Origin: an uncultured Desulfovibrionaceae bacterium
GTDB lineage: Bacteria > Desulfobacterota > Desulfovibrionia > Desulfovibrionales > Desulfovibrionaceae
NCBI GenBank assembly: GCA_964370305.1
Contig: CAYJIU010000001.1
Span: 2,091 to 66,090 of the forward strand
Direction: 5' to 3'
Length of the DNA: 64,000 nt
Below the pieces are notes generated by a model, which had not been told where the DNA came from, made no database searches, and worked only from the letters and a program-made list of their open reading frames with translations. This document shows positions 10,548 to 19,286 of this stretch, piece by piece. The position numbers and the translations under genes are program-made. Position 1 is the stretch's first letter, and the number at the start of each line of letters is the position of its first letter.

Positions 10548-11288
10548 ATGGCACAAAATACTAAAAATAATCCCGCGCAGGCCAAGGGCGGCAAGGGCGA
10601 TGCTGAGGCTTCTAGCAAGAAATCATTGACCTTAACCTTAAGCTTTTCCACCGTAACAACTTTTTGTGTGGTTTTGCTTGGTTGTGTTTGTATGGCCTTT
10701 GTGATGGGGGTAATTGTGGGGCGAGGTGATAATCCAGAAGCTCATTTGCCGCAATTTGCAACCCTGATGTCTGATGGCGAAGAAAAAAAGTCAGCAGCTA
10801 GTGATGATGCAAATACCGCTGAAGCTGGCACACCCAAAGCTAGCCAGCCTGAAGATAAGGTCATGCCTAAAGAAGAGCTAGATTATGCAACATTACTTAA
10901 AGATAAAGGTGCGCAAGAGCAAGATGCCACTGTGCCGGCTTTAGTTTTGACTGTGCCAAGTGCAGCAGAGCAAGCTTTGCCTGAACAAAGTAAACAAAAC
11001 CCTGCTCCGGTGCCAGTATTTGAAGACGTACCTGCTCCTAAACCGGAACCGGTGGTCTTTGACTATGTATTCCAAGTAGCTACTTTTACAGACGATGCCT
11101 CTGTTGATCGCTTGCGTGAACGTTTGGAAGGCAGAGGCTTGCGTACAAAGATGGAAAAGGCCGGTAAATTTTATAAAGTCTTGGTGATGATGCGCGGAAG
11201 TGCTGAGCAAGCCCAAGATTTGCGCAAAACTATGGTTGATATGAAGCTTGGGGAACCATTACAACGCGGTAAAAAAGCGGTACAATAA
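10548..11288 (+). CDS. SPOR domain-containing membrane protein
   Basis: It has an N-terminal TM segment, a low-complexity P/A/E linker, and a C-terminal SPOR-like ~75 aa (FQVATFTDDASVDRLRERL...). The start is taken at ATG 10548. Confidence 0.65.
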   Translation: MAQNTKNNPAQAKGGKGDAEASSKKSLTLTLSFSTVTTFCVVLLGCVCMAFVMGVIVGRGDNPEAHLPQFATLMSDGEEKKSAASDDANTAEAGTPKASQPEDKVMPKEELDYATLLKDKGAQEQDATVPALVLTVPSAAEQALPEQSKQNPAPVPVFEDVPAPKPEPVVFDYVFQVATFTDDASVDRLRERLEGRGLRTKMEKAGKFYKVLVMMRGSAEQAQDLRKTMVDMKLGEPLQRGKKAVQ

Positions 11289-12086
11289 ATGCTGAATTTT
11301 TTGGTTAATGTATGTGCCAATGTGGGTAATAAGTCACTCAATATGCTAGCCAGCATGGGTAGCATGTTACTTTTCTTGCTTGCATCATTGCGACATATGT
11401 TTAACGTATCGCATTTATTTTATAAAACGCGCGAACAAATTCATATTATTGGGGCAAAGTCACTCTTTCTCATTCTTTTAATTGGGATATTTTGTGGTAT
11501 GGTTTTGGGCTTGCAGGGGTATTATACCTTAGTTAAGTTTGGTTCCACTGGTTTGTTGGGGGCTGCCGTTTCACTTACGCTTATTCGTGAGCTTGGCCCA
11601 GTGCTTACTGCCATAATGCTCACCGGTCGGGCTGGTTCGGCCATGACGGCAGAAATTGGTGTCATGCGTATTTCAGACCAAGTGGACGCCCTTGAAGTCA
11701 TGGATATAGAGCCCATTGGTTACTTGGTAAGCCCGCGTCTTTTGGCCTCCTTGATTTCATTTCCATTACTTACGGCAGTTTTTGATGTAATTGGTATTAT
11801 TGGTGGATATTTAACCGGTGTGCTTATGCTTGGCATTAATGCTGGCGCGTACTTTTATGGTATTGAAAGTAATGTGGTTATGGCGGATGTTGTGGGTGGT
11901 TTCTCAAAATCCTTAATTTTCGCCATATTAGTTAATACTGTATGTTGTCATCAAGGCTATTATACGCATTTGAGGCGCGATAGTGTGGGCCCTGCGGCGG
12001 TGGGTAATGCCACAACTTCGGCTGTGGTAATTGCATGTGTGCTTATTTTGGTGGCAGACTATGTGCTTACGTCTATATTATTATAG
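11289..12086 (+). CDS. mlaE: phospholipid ABC transporter permease MlaE
   Basis: It is a multi-TM protein with RELGPVLTAIMLTGRAGSAMTAEIG and lies in an mlaEFDCA-type operon. Confidence 0.85.
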   Translation: MLNFLVNVCANVGNKSLNMLASMGSMLLFLLASLRHMFNVSHLFYKTREQIHIIGAKSLFLILLIGIFCGMVLGLQGYYTLVKFGSTGLLGAAVSLTLIRELGPVLTAIMLTGRAGSAMTAEIGVMRISDQVDALEVMDIEPIGYLVSPRLLASLISFPLLTAVFDVIGIIGGYLTGVLMLGINAGAYFYGIESNVVMADVVGGFSKSLIFAILVNTVCCHQGYYTHLRRDSVGPAAVGNATTSAVVIACVLILVADYVLTSILL

Positions 12087-12130
12087 TCGATGCTGAAAAA
12101 CGCATTTCCACGCGCTTTTCAGAAAGGCGA
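12084..12130. repeat. left-end fragment of the TAGTCG...TGAAAAA MITE-like repeat family (hairpin element)
   Basis: The sequence is tagtcgatgctgaaaaacgcatttccacgcgcttttcagaaaggcga. It aligns with 30505-30550, sharing conserved flanks around a different stem core. Confidence 0.5.
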
Positions 12131-12157
12131 TATCAACTCTTATAGTAGGATAACATT

Positions 12158-12973
12158 ATGCAATCATACACTATTACATTAAAAGATTGTAGCGTGGGCT
12201 ATGATGGGCATAGTGTGTTGCAAAACCTTAATGCCACGCTGCCCGCTGGTAAAATTTCTGTTATTTTGGGCTGTTCTGGTAGCGGCAAATCCACACTTTT
12301 GCGGCATATTGTGGGGCTATCGCGCCCCATTAGTGGCAAAATTTTATTGGGTGAAACTGACTTTTTTGCATTATCTACAAGAGAGTTTCGGCGTATGCGC
12401 CGGCGCATGGGGATGCTGTTTCAAGATGGTGCGCTACTTGGGGCTTTGAGTTTATTGGATAATGTGGCCCTACCTATACGTGAGCATACAAAATTAGCTG
12501 ATGACGTGATAAACAGTGCCGTGCTTAGGGCTTTGCGTTTGGTGGGGCTTGAGGATTTTGCCAATTATTATCCGGGCCAGCTTTCTGGTGGGATGCGCAA
12601 AAGAGCAGGGCTTGCGCGAGCTATTATTGTTGAGCCACCCTTACTTTTTTGTGATGAGCCCACATCCGGTCTTGATCCTATCACGGCTGCACAAATGGAT
12701 GGGCTACTTTTAGCCATGAAGAAGAATTTTCCAGCCATGACCATGGTTGTGGTTAGTCATGACTTAAATAGCCTTGAGCGTATTGCCGATTATGTGCTGG
12801 TTTTACATGAAGGACAGGCAATTTTTTCCGGTTCTTTGGCGGAACTTAAAAACACAGAGGATAAATTTTTGCAGGCATTTCTTGAGCGAAAACCCATGCA
12901 AAGTGCAGATGCGGCCTTTGAGGCACAAGATGCACAGGTTAGTGCGGCTTTGGAAAAATGGATGCAAGAATAA
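12158..12973 (+). CDS. mlaF: phospholipid ABC transporter ATP-binding protein MlaF
   Basis: It has Walker A GCSGSGKST, the ABC signature LSGGMRKR and Walker B LLFCDEPTSGLD. Confidence 0.85.
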   Translation: MQSYTITLKDCSVGYDGHSVLQNLNATLPAGKISVILGCSGSGKSTLLRHIVGLSRPISGKILLGETDFFALSTREFRRMRRRMGMLFQDGALLGALSLLDNVALPIREHTKLADDVINSAVLRALRLVGLEDFANYYPGQLSGGMRKRAGLARAIIVEPPLLFCDEPTSGLDPITAAQMDGLLLAMKKNFPAMTMVVVSHDLNSLERIADYVLVLHEGQAIFSGSLAELKNTEDKFLQAFLERKPMQSADAAFEAQDAQVSAALEKWMQE

Positions 12974-12992
12974 TAAAGAATTAGGGTGTGTT

Positions 12993-13436
12993 ATGAATAT
13001 GAAAAAAGAAGTTATAGTAGGTGTCTTTGTTTTGGTGGGCCTTTTATGTACAGCCTATTTGACTGTGAAACTAGGGCGTATGGAAGTTTTTGGCTCCGAT
13101 GGCTATGAGCTGCAAGCAAGGTTTACATCCGCCTCTGGTTTGCGGGTGGGAGCTAGTGTTGAGGTAGCTGGTGTCCAAGTGGGCAGAGTGGCATTGATTG
13201 ACCTTGATGCTGAACATTCTCAGGCTATTATTACGCTATCACTTGATGATAGATTAAAGTTTACAGATGATACGATTGCGTCTATAAAGACAAGTGGACT
13301 TATTGGCGATAAGTATATTAGCTTGTCCCCCGGTGGTTCTGGTATTTTTCTTGCGCCCGGTGAGGAGATTACAGACACTGAATCGGCAGTAGATTTGGAG
13401 TCGCTTATCAGTAAATACGCTTTTGGAGGTGTATAA
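12993..13436 (+). CDS. mlaD: MCE-domain protein MlaD
   Basis: It has an N-terminal TM segment followed by an MCE domain (GLRVGASVEVAGVQVGRV). The start is taken at MNMKKE, because the upstream part of the ORF overlaps mlaF. Confidence 0.8.
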   Translation: MNMKKEVIVGVFVLVGLLCTAYLTVKLGRMEVFGSDGYELQARFTSASGLRVGASVEVAGVQVGRVALIDLDAEHSQAIITLSLDDRLKFTDDTIASIKTSGLIGDKYISLSPGGSGIFLAPGEEITDTESAVDLESLISKYAFGGV

Positions 13437-14083
13437 TGCGTGCTTTTTACTCTTACGCATGGGCATTATTGCTATGTATTTTTTTAGCAAGCCCAAGCTT
13501 TGCTGGTGAAGGTGAAGCTAAATCAAGTGCTCGTGATGCTTTGAAATTATCCGTAACACGCATAATGGATTATATAAAAAATCCAGGATATAAGGATACA
13601 CAAACAAGACAGTCATTAAATAAAGAGATTGAGCGCGAAGTATATATTATTTTTGATTTTGCAGAATTTTCTATGCGCACTGTTGGCCAGCGCTGGAAAA
13701 ACTTTACACCTGAGCAACAAAAAGCCTTTGAGCAAGCCTTTGCCGATTTGCTTTTTAGCACCTATCTTGATCGCGTTGATGGTTACAATGGGGAAAATGT
13801 TATCTATGCAGGTGAGATTAGTAATAAAAGTGGAAGTAGGGTCGAAGTACGCACTATGGTGGCCATGCAAAATAATCAAAAAATTCCCGTATCTTATCGG
13901 ATGCTTTTAAAAGCAGGTAAGTGGCGTGTGTATGATGTGTTAATTGAGGGTATTAGCTTGGTTAAAAACTATAGGACGCAATTTGGAGATATATTATCCA
14001 AAGCAAGCCCAGAAGAACTAACGGCACGTATTAGAGAGCGGGCAACTGCTTTGAGGAGTAAGATGCATGAAAAAGATTTATAG
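13436..14083 (+). CDS. mlaC: MlaC/Ttg2D-family periplasmic lipid-binding protein
   Basis: It has a signal peptide and a toluene-tolerance Ttg2D-like layout, and it sits between mlaD and the vacJ-like gene. Confidence 0.75.
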   Translation: MRAFYSYAWALLLCIFLASPSFAGEGEAKSSARDALKLSVTRIMDYIKNPGYKDTQTRQSLNKEIEREVYIIFDFAEFSMRTVGQRWKNFTPEQQKAFEQAFADLLFSTYLDRVDGYNGENVIYAGEISNKSGSRVEVRTMVAMQNNQKIPVSYRMLLKAGKWRVYDVLIEGISLVKNYRTQFGDILSKASPEELTARIRERATALRSKMHEKDL

Positions 14084-14894
14084 CTTCGTGATAATATGTT
14101 TTTTTGCTGGACTTATCCCTTTTGCCATGCAAGCGCATGCAGCAACTATTAACGTAGATGCGGCCATGAGTGGCTATGAGAGGGGTAGGTTACAAGAATC
14201 ACCAGTTATTCAGGAACTTGAGCAAAGTGCAAGCTTAAGTGAAGATGATAGTCTTGATGATTATGAAAATGCTCCGGTGCAGATGATTACTGATCCATTT
14301 GAACCATGGAATAGATTTTGGTTTGGTTTTAATGATATATTTTACATGTATATTGCGCGCCCCATGCATCAAGGCTATTCCTATGTTGTGCCTGAACCTG
14401 TGCGCTCTGGATTGAGCAACTTTTTTCATAATGTACTTTTTCCAGTACGCTTTGTAAGCTCCCTTTTACAAGGTAGGCCACTGGCCGCAGGGGCTGAGTT
14501 TGGTAAGTTTTTTATTAATACTACCGTTGGTTTAGGTGGTTTTATTGATGTGGCTAAGCATAAGAAAACTATTGTTCCCCTTGACCCATCTGGTGAAGAT
14601 ATGGATCAAACCTTTGGGGTGTGGGGTTTTGGTACTGGCCCATACCTTGTTTGGCCTATTATCGGGCCAAGCTCGGTGCGAGGAACTTTTGGTACCGTAG
14701 CTAACTTTGCCCTTGATCCCACATTTTATTTTGCAACTCCGCTAGAAGTATCTATGGTTGCTGGTGGTTTACGCTTTAATGACCTTGGGCCTGTGCTTGA
14801 TCTATATGCCGATACCAAGGAGGTTGCGGTAGATCCATATATAGCCATGCGCGAGGCTTATGCGGCCTATAAAAAACAGCAAATATTGCATTAA
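14067..14894 (+). CDS. mlaA: VacJ/MlaA family lipoprotein
   Basis: It has a signal sequence, DPFEPWNR and TTVGLGGFIDVA motifs. Confidence 0.8.
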   Translation: MKKIYSFVIICFFAGLIPFAMQAHAATINVDAAMSGYERGRLQESPVIQELEQSASLSEDDSLDDYENAPVQMITDPFEPWNRFWFGFNDIFYMYIARPMHQGYSYVVPEPVRSGLSNFFHNVLFPVRFVSSLLQGRPLAAGAEFGKFFINTTVGLGGFIDVAKHKKTIVPLDPSGEDMDQTFGVWGFGTGPYLVWPIIGPSSVRGTFGTVANFALDPTFYFATPLEVSMVAGGLRFNDLGPVLDLYADTKEVAVDPYIAMREAYAAYKKQQILH

Positions 14895-15010
14895 TTTTTT
14901 TGCTGCTTACGAATTACTGTTTAAAAACGTGTTTTTGCAATAGGCTTAAATCAGCAAGAAAGTTTAAAGTTTCAGGTCGTTTGCACTGCTTTGTGGATGG
15001 CTTTTAGATT

Positions 15011-16399
15011 TTATTGCCTTAGCACATCGCTTAAGGCTTCAATGCTTTGTAACACTTCATCCCATGCTTCACGCGAATAATTTTTATTTTGTAAAAATAA
15101 ATGTATATGACTAGTAAATGGACGTATGGGCTTAGGAAGCTTTTGCCAAAAATCTTGGCTAAGTTTACTTTCTTTACCCTTATATACATTTTTTAAATGC
15201 TTTTGAAGCTCGTGCCCAAGGTTTATGATTGCCGTGCGTAAGCCATGCACTATATGCGGATAAATATTTAATTTTTCAAAGCTTGTGTGTGGTACTGGGC
15301 CTTTATTGAATTTGTGCCAGAACCAATCTTGCCAAAAACAAGCCATTAAATGTCGTGGACTTTCAAAACTTTGATTTATGGGGATGAGCTTATATAGACC
15401 GCGCTGATCACGCCCCGTGCGATAGATACGCATATCGTTTATTTCAAGGTTTGCAAGACGTTTTTGGTCTTCTAAAATACATTGAGCAATGAGGGCCACG
15501 CGCCCAGCATGTAACTTTTGTTGGCAGGGGGTGCGTTGGCAAGCTTGCCAGCAACCTGTGCATGCTAAATTGGGCTGTATAATATGGTGGTTTGCAAATG
15601 TCGGCCCCGTTTCCCATGGGTTAACTGGCCCTACCGATATGTTTAATGTGGGCGTTTTAAGCCAAGTGGCTAAGTGCATGGGGCCTGTATCTGGGGTGAT
15701 AAATAAACTTAATTCGCGCAGGACGTGGGCAAACTGTGCTAGTGAAAGTTGACCGCAAAGTGAGGCATGCTTGATGCCGGATAACTGCTCAGCTTCATTG
15801 CCCAATTGCACATCATTGGGGCCTCCAAGAAATATGGGCTGATAATGCTTACGCACAAGTATTTTAGCAAGGTTTGCAAAAAATTGTGGAGTGGGACGTT
15901 TTTCTTGTTCACTAGCCCCCATAAAAATACCAATTTTAGCTTTATTGCCGGAGGTTTTTGTGCCGCTAGCCATAATGCTTAGGGGAGTGGTGCTATGGTC
16001 AAGTATTTGTAAATCACTCCAGTGAAAAAGGTTATACCTGTTGTTGTGTACAATACTTGCGCGATATAATGCCCAATCACCATCAATAGCACTATAATCT
16101 GCGGTGCTATGCGCGCCATAATAGTGCTCAGCGCGCAAAGATCCGGCAAGGCGCGCCGCATCCTCACGGTGGCTAAGGTTTATAACTGTTTGAAATTCAA
16201 CATGTTGTAGCTGTGGGGCGGCTTCAGGTGGGAAAAATGTTGTCTGTGGTGAAAATTGTAAAAGGTCAGTAAAAAAATGTGGTTCAGCCACCGTCCAAAT
16301 GGGATTGGCGGGATTCATTTTTTGCAATGCCCCAAGCAAGGGAAAGCTTAAAATAATGTCGCCCATGCGCTGCATTTGTAAGACTAATATGGGCTTCAT
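15011..16399 (-). CDS. glycosyltransferase family 9 (heptosyltransferase-like) protein with C-terminal extension
   Basis: The N-terminus ILVLQMQRMGDIILSFPLL and the motif ITPDTGPMHLA are GT9-like. A ~130-aa extra C-terminal region has no family I recognise. Confidence 0.7.
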   Translation of the reverse strand: MKPILVLQMQRMGDIILSFPLLGALQKMNPANPIWTVAEPHFFTDLLQFSPQTTFFPPEAAPQLQHVEFQTVINLSHREDAARLAGSLRAEHYYGAHSTADYSAIDGDWALYRASIVHNNRYNLFHWSDLQILDHSTTPLSIMASGTKTSGNKAKIGIFMGASEQEKRPTPQFFANLAKILVRKHYQPIFLGGPNDVQLGNEAEQLSGIKHASLCGQLSLAQFAHVLRELSLFITPDTGPMHLATWLKTPTLNISVGPVNPWETGPTFANHHIIQPNLACTGCWQACQRTPCQQKLHAGRVALIAQCILEDQKRLANLEINDMRIYRTGRDQRGLYKLIPINQSFESPRHLMACFWQDWFWHKFNKGPVPHTSFEKLNIYPHIVHGLRTAIINLGHELQKHLKNVYKGKESKLSQDFWQKLPKPIRPFTSHIHLFLQNKNYSREAWDEVLQSIEALSDVLRQ

Positions 16400-18075
16400 T
16401 TATCTTTTATTCCATATACTTGTTGCATATTTTCCAGCAAGGTTTTTAGGCGATGATCCCAAGTGTGTTCGGCTAAAACTCTTTTTCTTGCGGCAGTGGT
16501 TATACGTGTACGCTCAGTGGGGTGATCTAGATAAAATTTTATTAATTCGGGTATTTCTTCCAAGTCTTTGTAGGATATAATTTCAGTCTTGGGCTCAAAT
16601 AAATTATCCATTTGTTCGCGCCAATCAGTCAGCACAAAGGCATTGCAAGCTGGAACGTCAAATATACGCTGATTTACAGCCCCTTTCATCTGCTTGCTTG
16701 TGCAGTTGAAGTTTATATCTGATGTGGGATAAAATGCATGTAGTTCATTGTAATAATTAAGTTCTTTGTGTAGGGTATATTGCCCTTGCTTTTCTGAAAA
16801 AATAAAATCCCATCCATCATCCCCCACCAATAAGGGGTTAAATTCTAGGGTTTTTTCCACGCACCTTGCTCTATAGCGGCGCGTGGCTTCCCAAGTGACG
16901 GCAGTTTCAAAGGCAAGGCGTTGTTCATTATTATCAAGCTCCGTGTAGTAGGTATAGGCTTTTGGATAATGCTGCTCCATAAATTTAGCTACAGAGTGTT
17001 GAGGGCTTTGGTCAAAATTTTCAGCTATTTCGTAAAAGTGCTGCAATATATTTTGAGGTAGAGGTTCTTTTTCTAATCGTTTAATAACCTTATAATGCAT
17101 GGAGTTACCCACAAAAGAAACTTGGCTTTTCCATTTATTTTGGCCATAAGTATTGGGTTTAAAATGGGTTGGGTTTGTGCCAAGGGGTAAATAAAAAACA
17201 TTATTAAAACCCATGTCTTGCAATGAACTAATATTGTCAAAATCCCAAGTGAAGATGCTAACCCAAGGGCTTTTTAATTTGTTGTACAAGTGTAATACCA
17301 AATGGGGGTTATCCACAAACCATGAAGCCAGCGGTAGTTGTAATTTTTCCAGTAATGCAATGAGTACCCCCTCTCTATCTACCCCCAAATGATTGAGGGT
17401 AAGTAGGCAATCTGGTTGAAATTTTATCACCGCTGAGAGTAGGTTTTCCACAAATTCATTGGTGGCCATACATTCATCTGGTACGGTGAGTAATTCATGC
17501 TCAATGCCAAGTCTTTTGCAAGCATGGGCTACTTCGCCCATGAGGAAATATTTACTGGTAATAAGTAATACTCGCGGCATTTTATTGATAAAACGAGGCT
17601 TTCGTGCCTTGCTCCAAAAATCAAAACTTTGACTTGCTTCAACATTTTTACGCACTTCACCATACCATGCTCGGTCAAGGCGCATATAAAATGGATGAAT
17701 AACGGCTTGAAAGGGTAAAAAATCATGCTCACTTTGCCAGACGGTAAGTAAGCGTGATACTTCGCTAAGATCGTCTGTACTGATTAGGGTAATTCTTTTT
17801 TGCTGGTCTGGTTTGAGCTGAGCTATAATATTGGTTAATGTCTGAATTTCTAACTCTTTATCTATAATGGCAATGGGCCCACGGTGTTTGGTGAGAATAA
17901 AATTTAAGGCATGCCCAAGCCCTGTACCCAGCAGGACTGGTAAGGAGCCGTTAAAGTTTAAGTTATTTACACAGGCAAGCTCTCGCTCTGCACCGCTTGG
18001 GCCAAGCATAAAAAGTGGCCCATTTCTGCGCTCAACAACAATATCATTATCGGGGGTAAGGATAGGTTTATTCAT
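16396..18075 (-). CDS. CgeB-like glycosyltransferase family protein (DUF3880 / Glyco_trans_1_2-like C-terminus)
   Basis: The C-terminal region NQRIFDVPACNAFVLTDW...YLDHPTERTRITTAARKRVLAEHTWDHR matches the CgeB/GT1_2 pattern as I recall it. The gene is translationally coupled to both neighbours. Confidence 0.55.
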   Translation of the reverse strand: MNKPILTPDNDIVVERRNGPLFMLGPSGAERELACVNNLNFNGSLPVLLGTGLGHALNFILTKHRGPIAIIDKELEIQTLTNIIAQLKPDQQKRITLISTDDLSEVSRLLTVWQSEHDFLPFQAVIHPFYMRLDRAWYGEVRKNVEASQSFDFWSKARKPRFINKMPRVLLITSKYFLMGEVAHACKRLGIEHELLTVPDECMATNEFVENLLSAVIKFQPDCLLTLNHLGVDREGVLIALLEKLQLPLASWFVDNPHLVLHLYNKLKSPWVSIFTWDFDNISSLQDMGFNNVFYLPLGTNPTHFKPNTYGQNKWKSQVSFVGNSMHYKVIKRLEKEPLPQNILQHFYEIAENFDQSPQHSVAKFMEQHYPKAYTYYTELDNNEQRLAFETAVTWEATRRYRARCVEKTLEFNPLLVGDDGWDFIFSEKQGQYTLHKELNYYNELHAFYPTSDINFNCTSKQMKGAVNQRIFDVPACNAFVLTDWREQMDNLFEPKTEIISYKDLEEIPELIKFYLDHPTERTRITTAARKRVLAEHTWDHRLKTLLENMQQVYGIKDK

Positions 18076-18078
18076 ATA

Positions 18079-19221
18079 TTACTTGCTGTTTGGAATATGT
18101 GGCTTAACAATAATTTCATCATCTTGTAATGAAAACTCAACACAGCGCATGGGCTCATTTACTTGGAGAAATGAACGCCCGATGGCAATTTCTACTCCGG
18201 GGAAAACTTCACCGGCGGCAACTACTTTACAATGTTGAAGTATATCTTGCTGTTCGTGCAGAGTTGCCCAAACGCTATTACGTGACAATAAGTAGGCGTC
18301 TGTTTTTTTACGCATATTGGCAAGTTTTCTTGTAAGATCATTGGTGTCAGGTGGTAAATGCCCAGCCACTGCGTTAATATGGTGCATTTTTTCAGAAAGC
18401 TCACTTATACGTTGGTCAATTTTTTCAAGCTTACGGATTAATAGTGGATCATATCCAAGAAATATGCGCGTTGAAACATATGCTTTGTTTCCAAGGCGTT
18501 GTCCCACATAAACACCTTTGAGTGCGTGTAAATTGCCCCCTATGAGATGCTCTTGGATGATGGCGTTGGTGCCTGCATATATGTTTGAGTGCAGGGCATA
18601 TCTATTAACTAACACATTGCCCCTTGTTCTGACTTCAATTTTTTCTGCAAAGGATAAGCGTACGGTATTTTTAGCTTTTAATATGCAACGCTTGGCAACA
18701 CCTCCACGAGCTCCACCAGCGATGGCTAAGTCTTGATTGGCTTGCACATTTCCGCCTTCAACCATGCCATTTATTATGACATTTTCTCCATATACATTGA
18801 ATCCAGCACGAACATTACCAAATATATTTGTATCTCCAATAAAGGTAATATTGCCGGTGCGAAAGCTTATGTCTGAATGTAGGTTAAGCACAGCTTTTAC
18901 TAATATTTTTTCATCATTATACAGTACATAGCCTTGCTTTTCTGCCAGAAGGCGGTGGGGATTTTGGGGGTCAATATAAGTGTTTTGCCCCATAGGGAAG
19001 GAAGATTTTTCGTAAATATAACGGGCGTCTGGCTCCTGAATACTATCAAGGGGTACAAATTCGGCTAGAAGCTGGCCTTCTTGCACATTTTGCACATAGC
19101 CAAGATTGTAGAGATCGGTTTTTTTATCCCGTCCGGGCCGAGGCTGCAGATTCACCATATCTGGGTCGAAATAAAGCTTTAGATACAGGGACAAAGCAGC
19201 CTCCGATGAATTTTCTAGCAA
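18079..19221 (-). CDS. DUF342 (FapA-like) protein
   Basis: The central region is a repetitive beta-helix-like stretch (GNVRAGFNVYGENVIINGMVEGGNVQA...GNVLVNRY...) followed by a C-terminal coiled coil. The ORF begins with TTG; an ATG alternative lies at 19158. Confidence 0.7.
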   Translation of the reverse strand: MLENSSEAALSLYLKLYFDPDMVNLQPRPGRDKKTDLYNLGYVQNVQEGQLLAEFVPLDSIQEPDARYIYEKSSFPMGQNTYIDPQNPHRLLAEKQGYVLYNDEKILVKAVLNLHSDISFRTGNITFIGDTNIFGNVRAGFNVYGENVIINGMVEGGNVQANQDLAIAGGARGGVAKRCILKAKNTVRLSFAEKIEVRTRGNVLVNRYALHSNIYAGTNAIIQEHLIGGNLHALKGVYVGQRLGNKAYVSTRIFLGYDPLLIRKLEKIDQRISELSEKMHHINAVAGHLPPDTNDLTRKLANMRKKTDAYLLSRNSVWATLHEQQDILQHCKVVAAGEVFPGVEIAIGRSFLQVNEPMRCVEFSLQDDEIIVKPHIPNSK

Positions 19222-19286
19222 GTTACAAGGTTACACCTACGCAGTGTATCTTTACTTGTGCAGTGCGTCAATATTGAGTTGTACGA

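Noticed and set aside
12774-12992. An upstream extension of the mlaD ORF; the same applies to 10473-10547 for the SPOR gene, 33193-33213 for the nlpC-like gene and 41048-41095 for the ACT-MBL gene.
   Set aside because: The extensions overlap the preceding gene or lack an RBS. Internal ATGs with an RBS and proper N-terminal signal or TM sequences are preferred.
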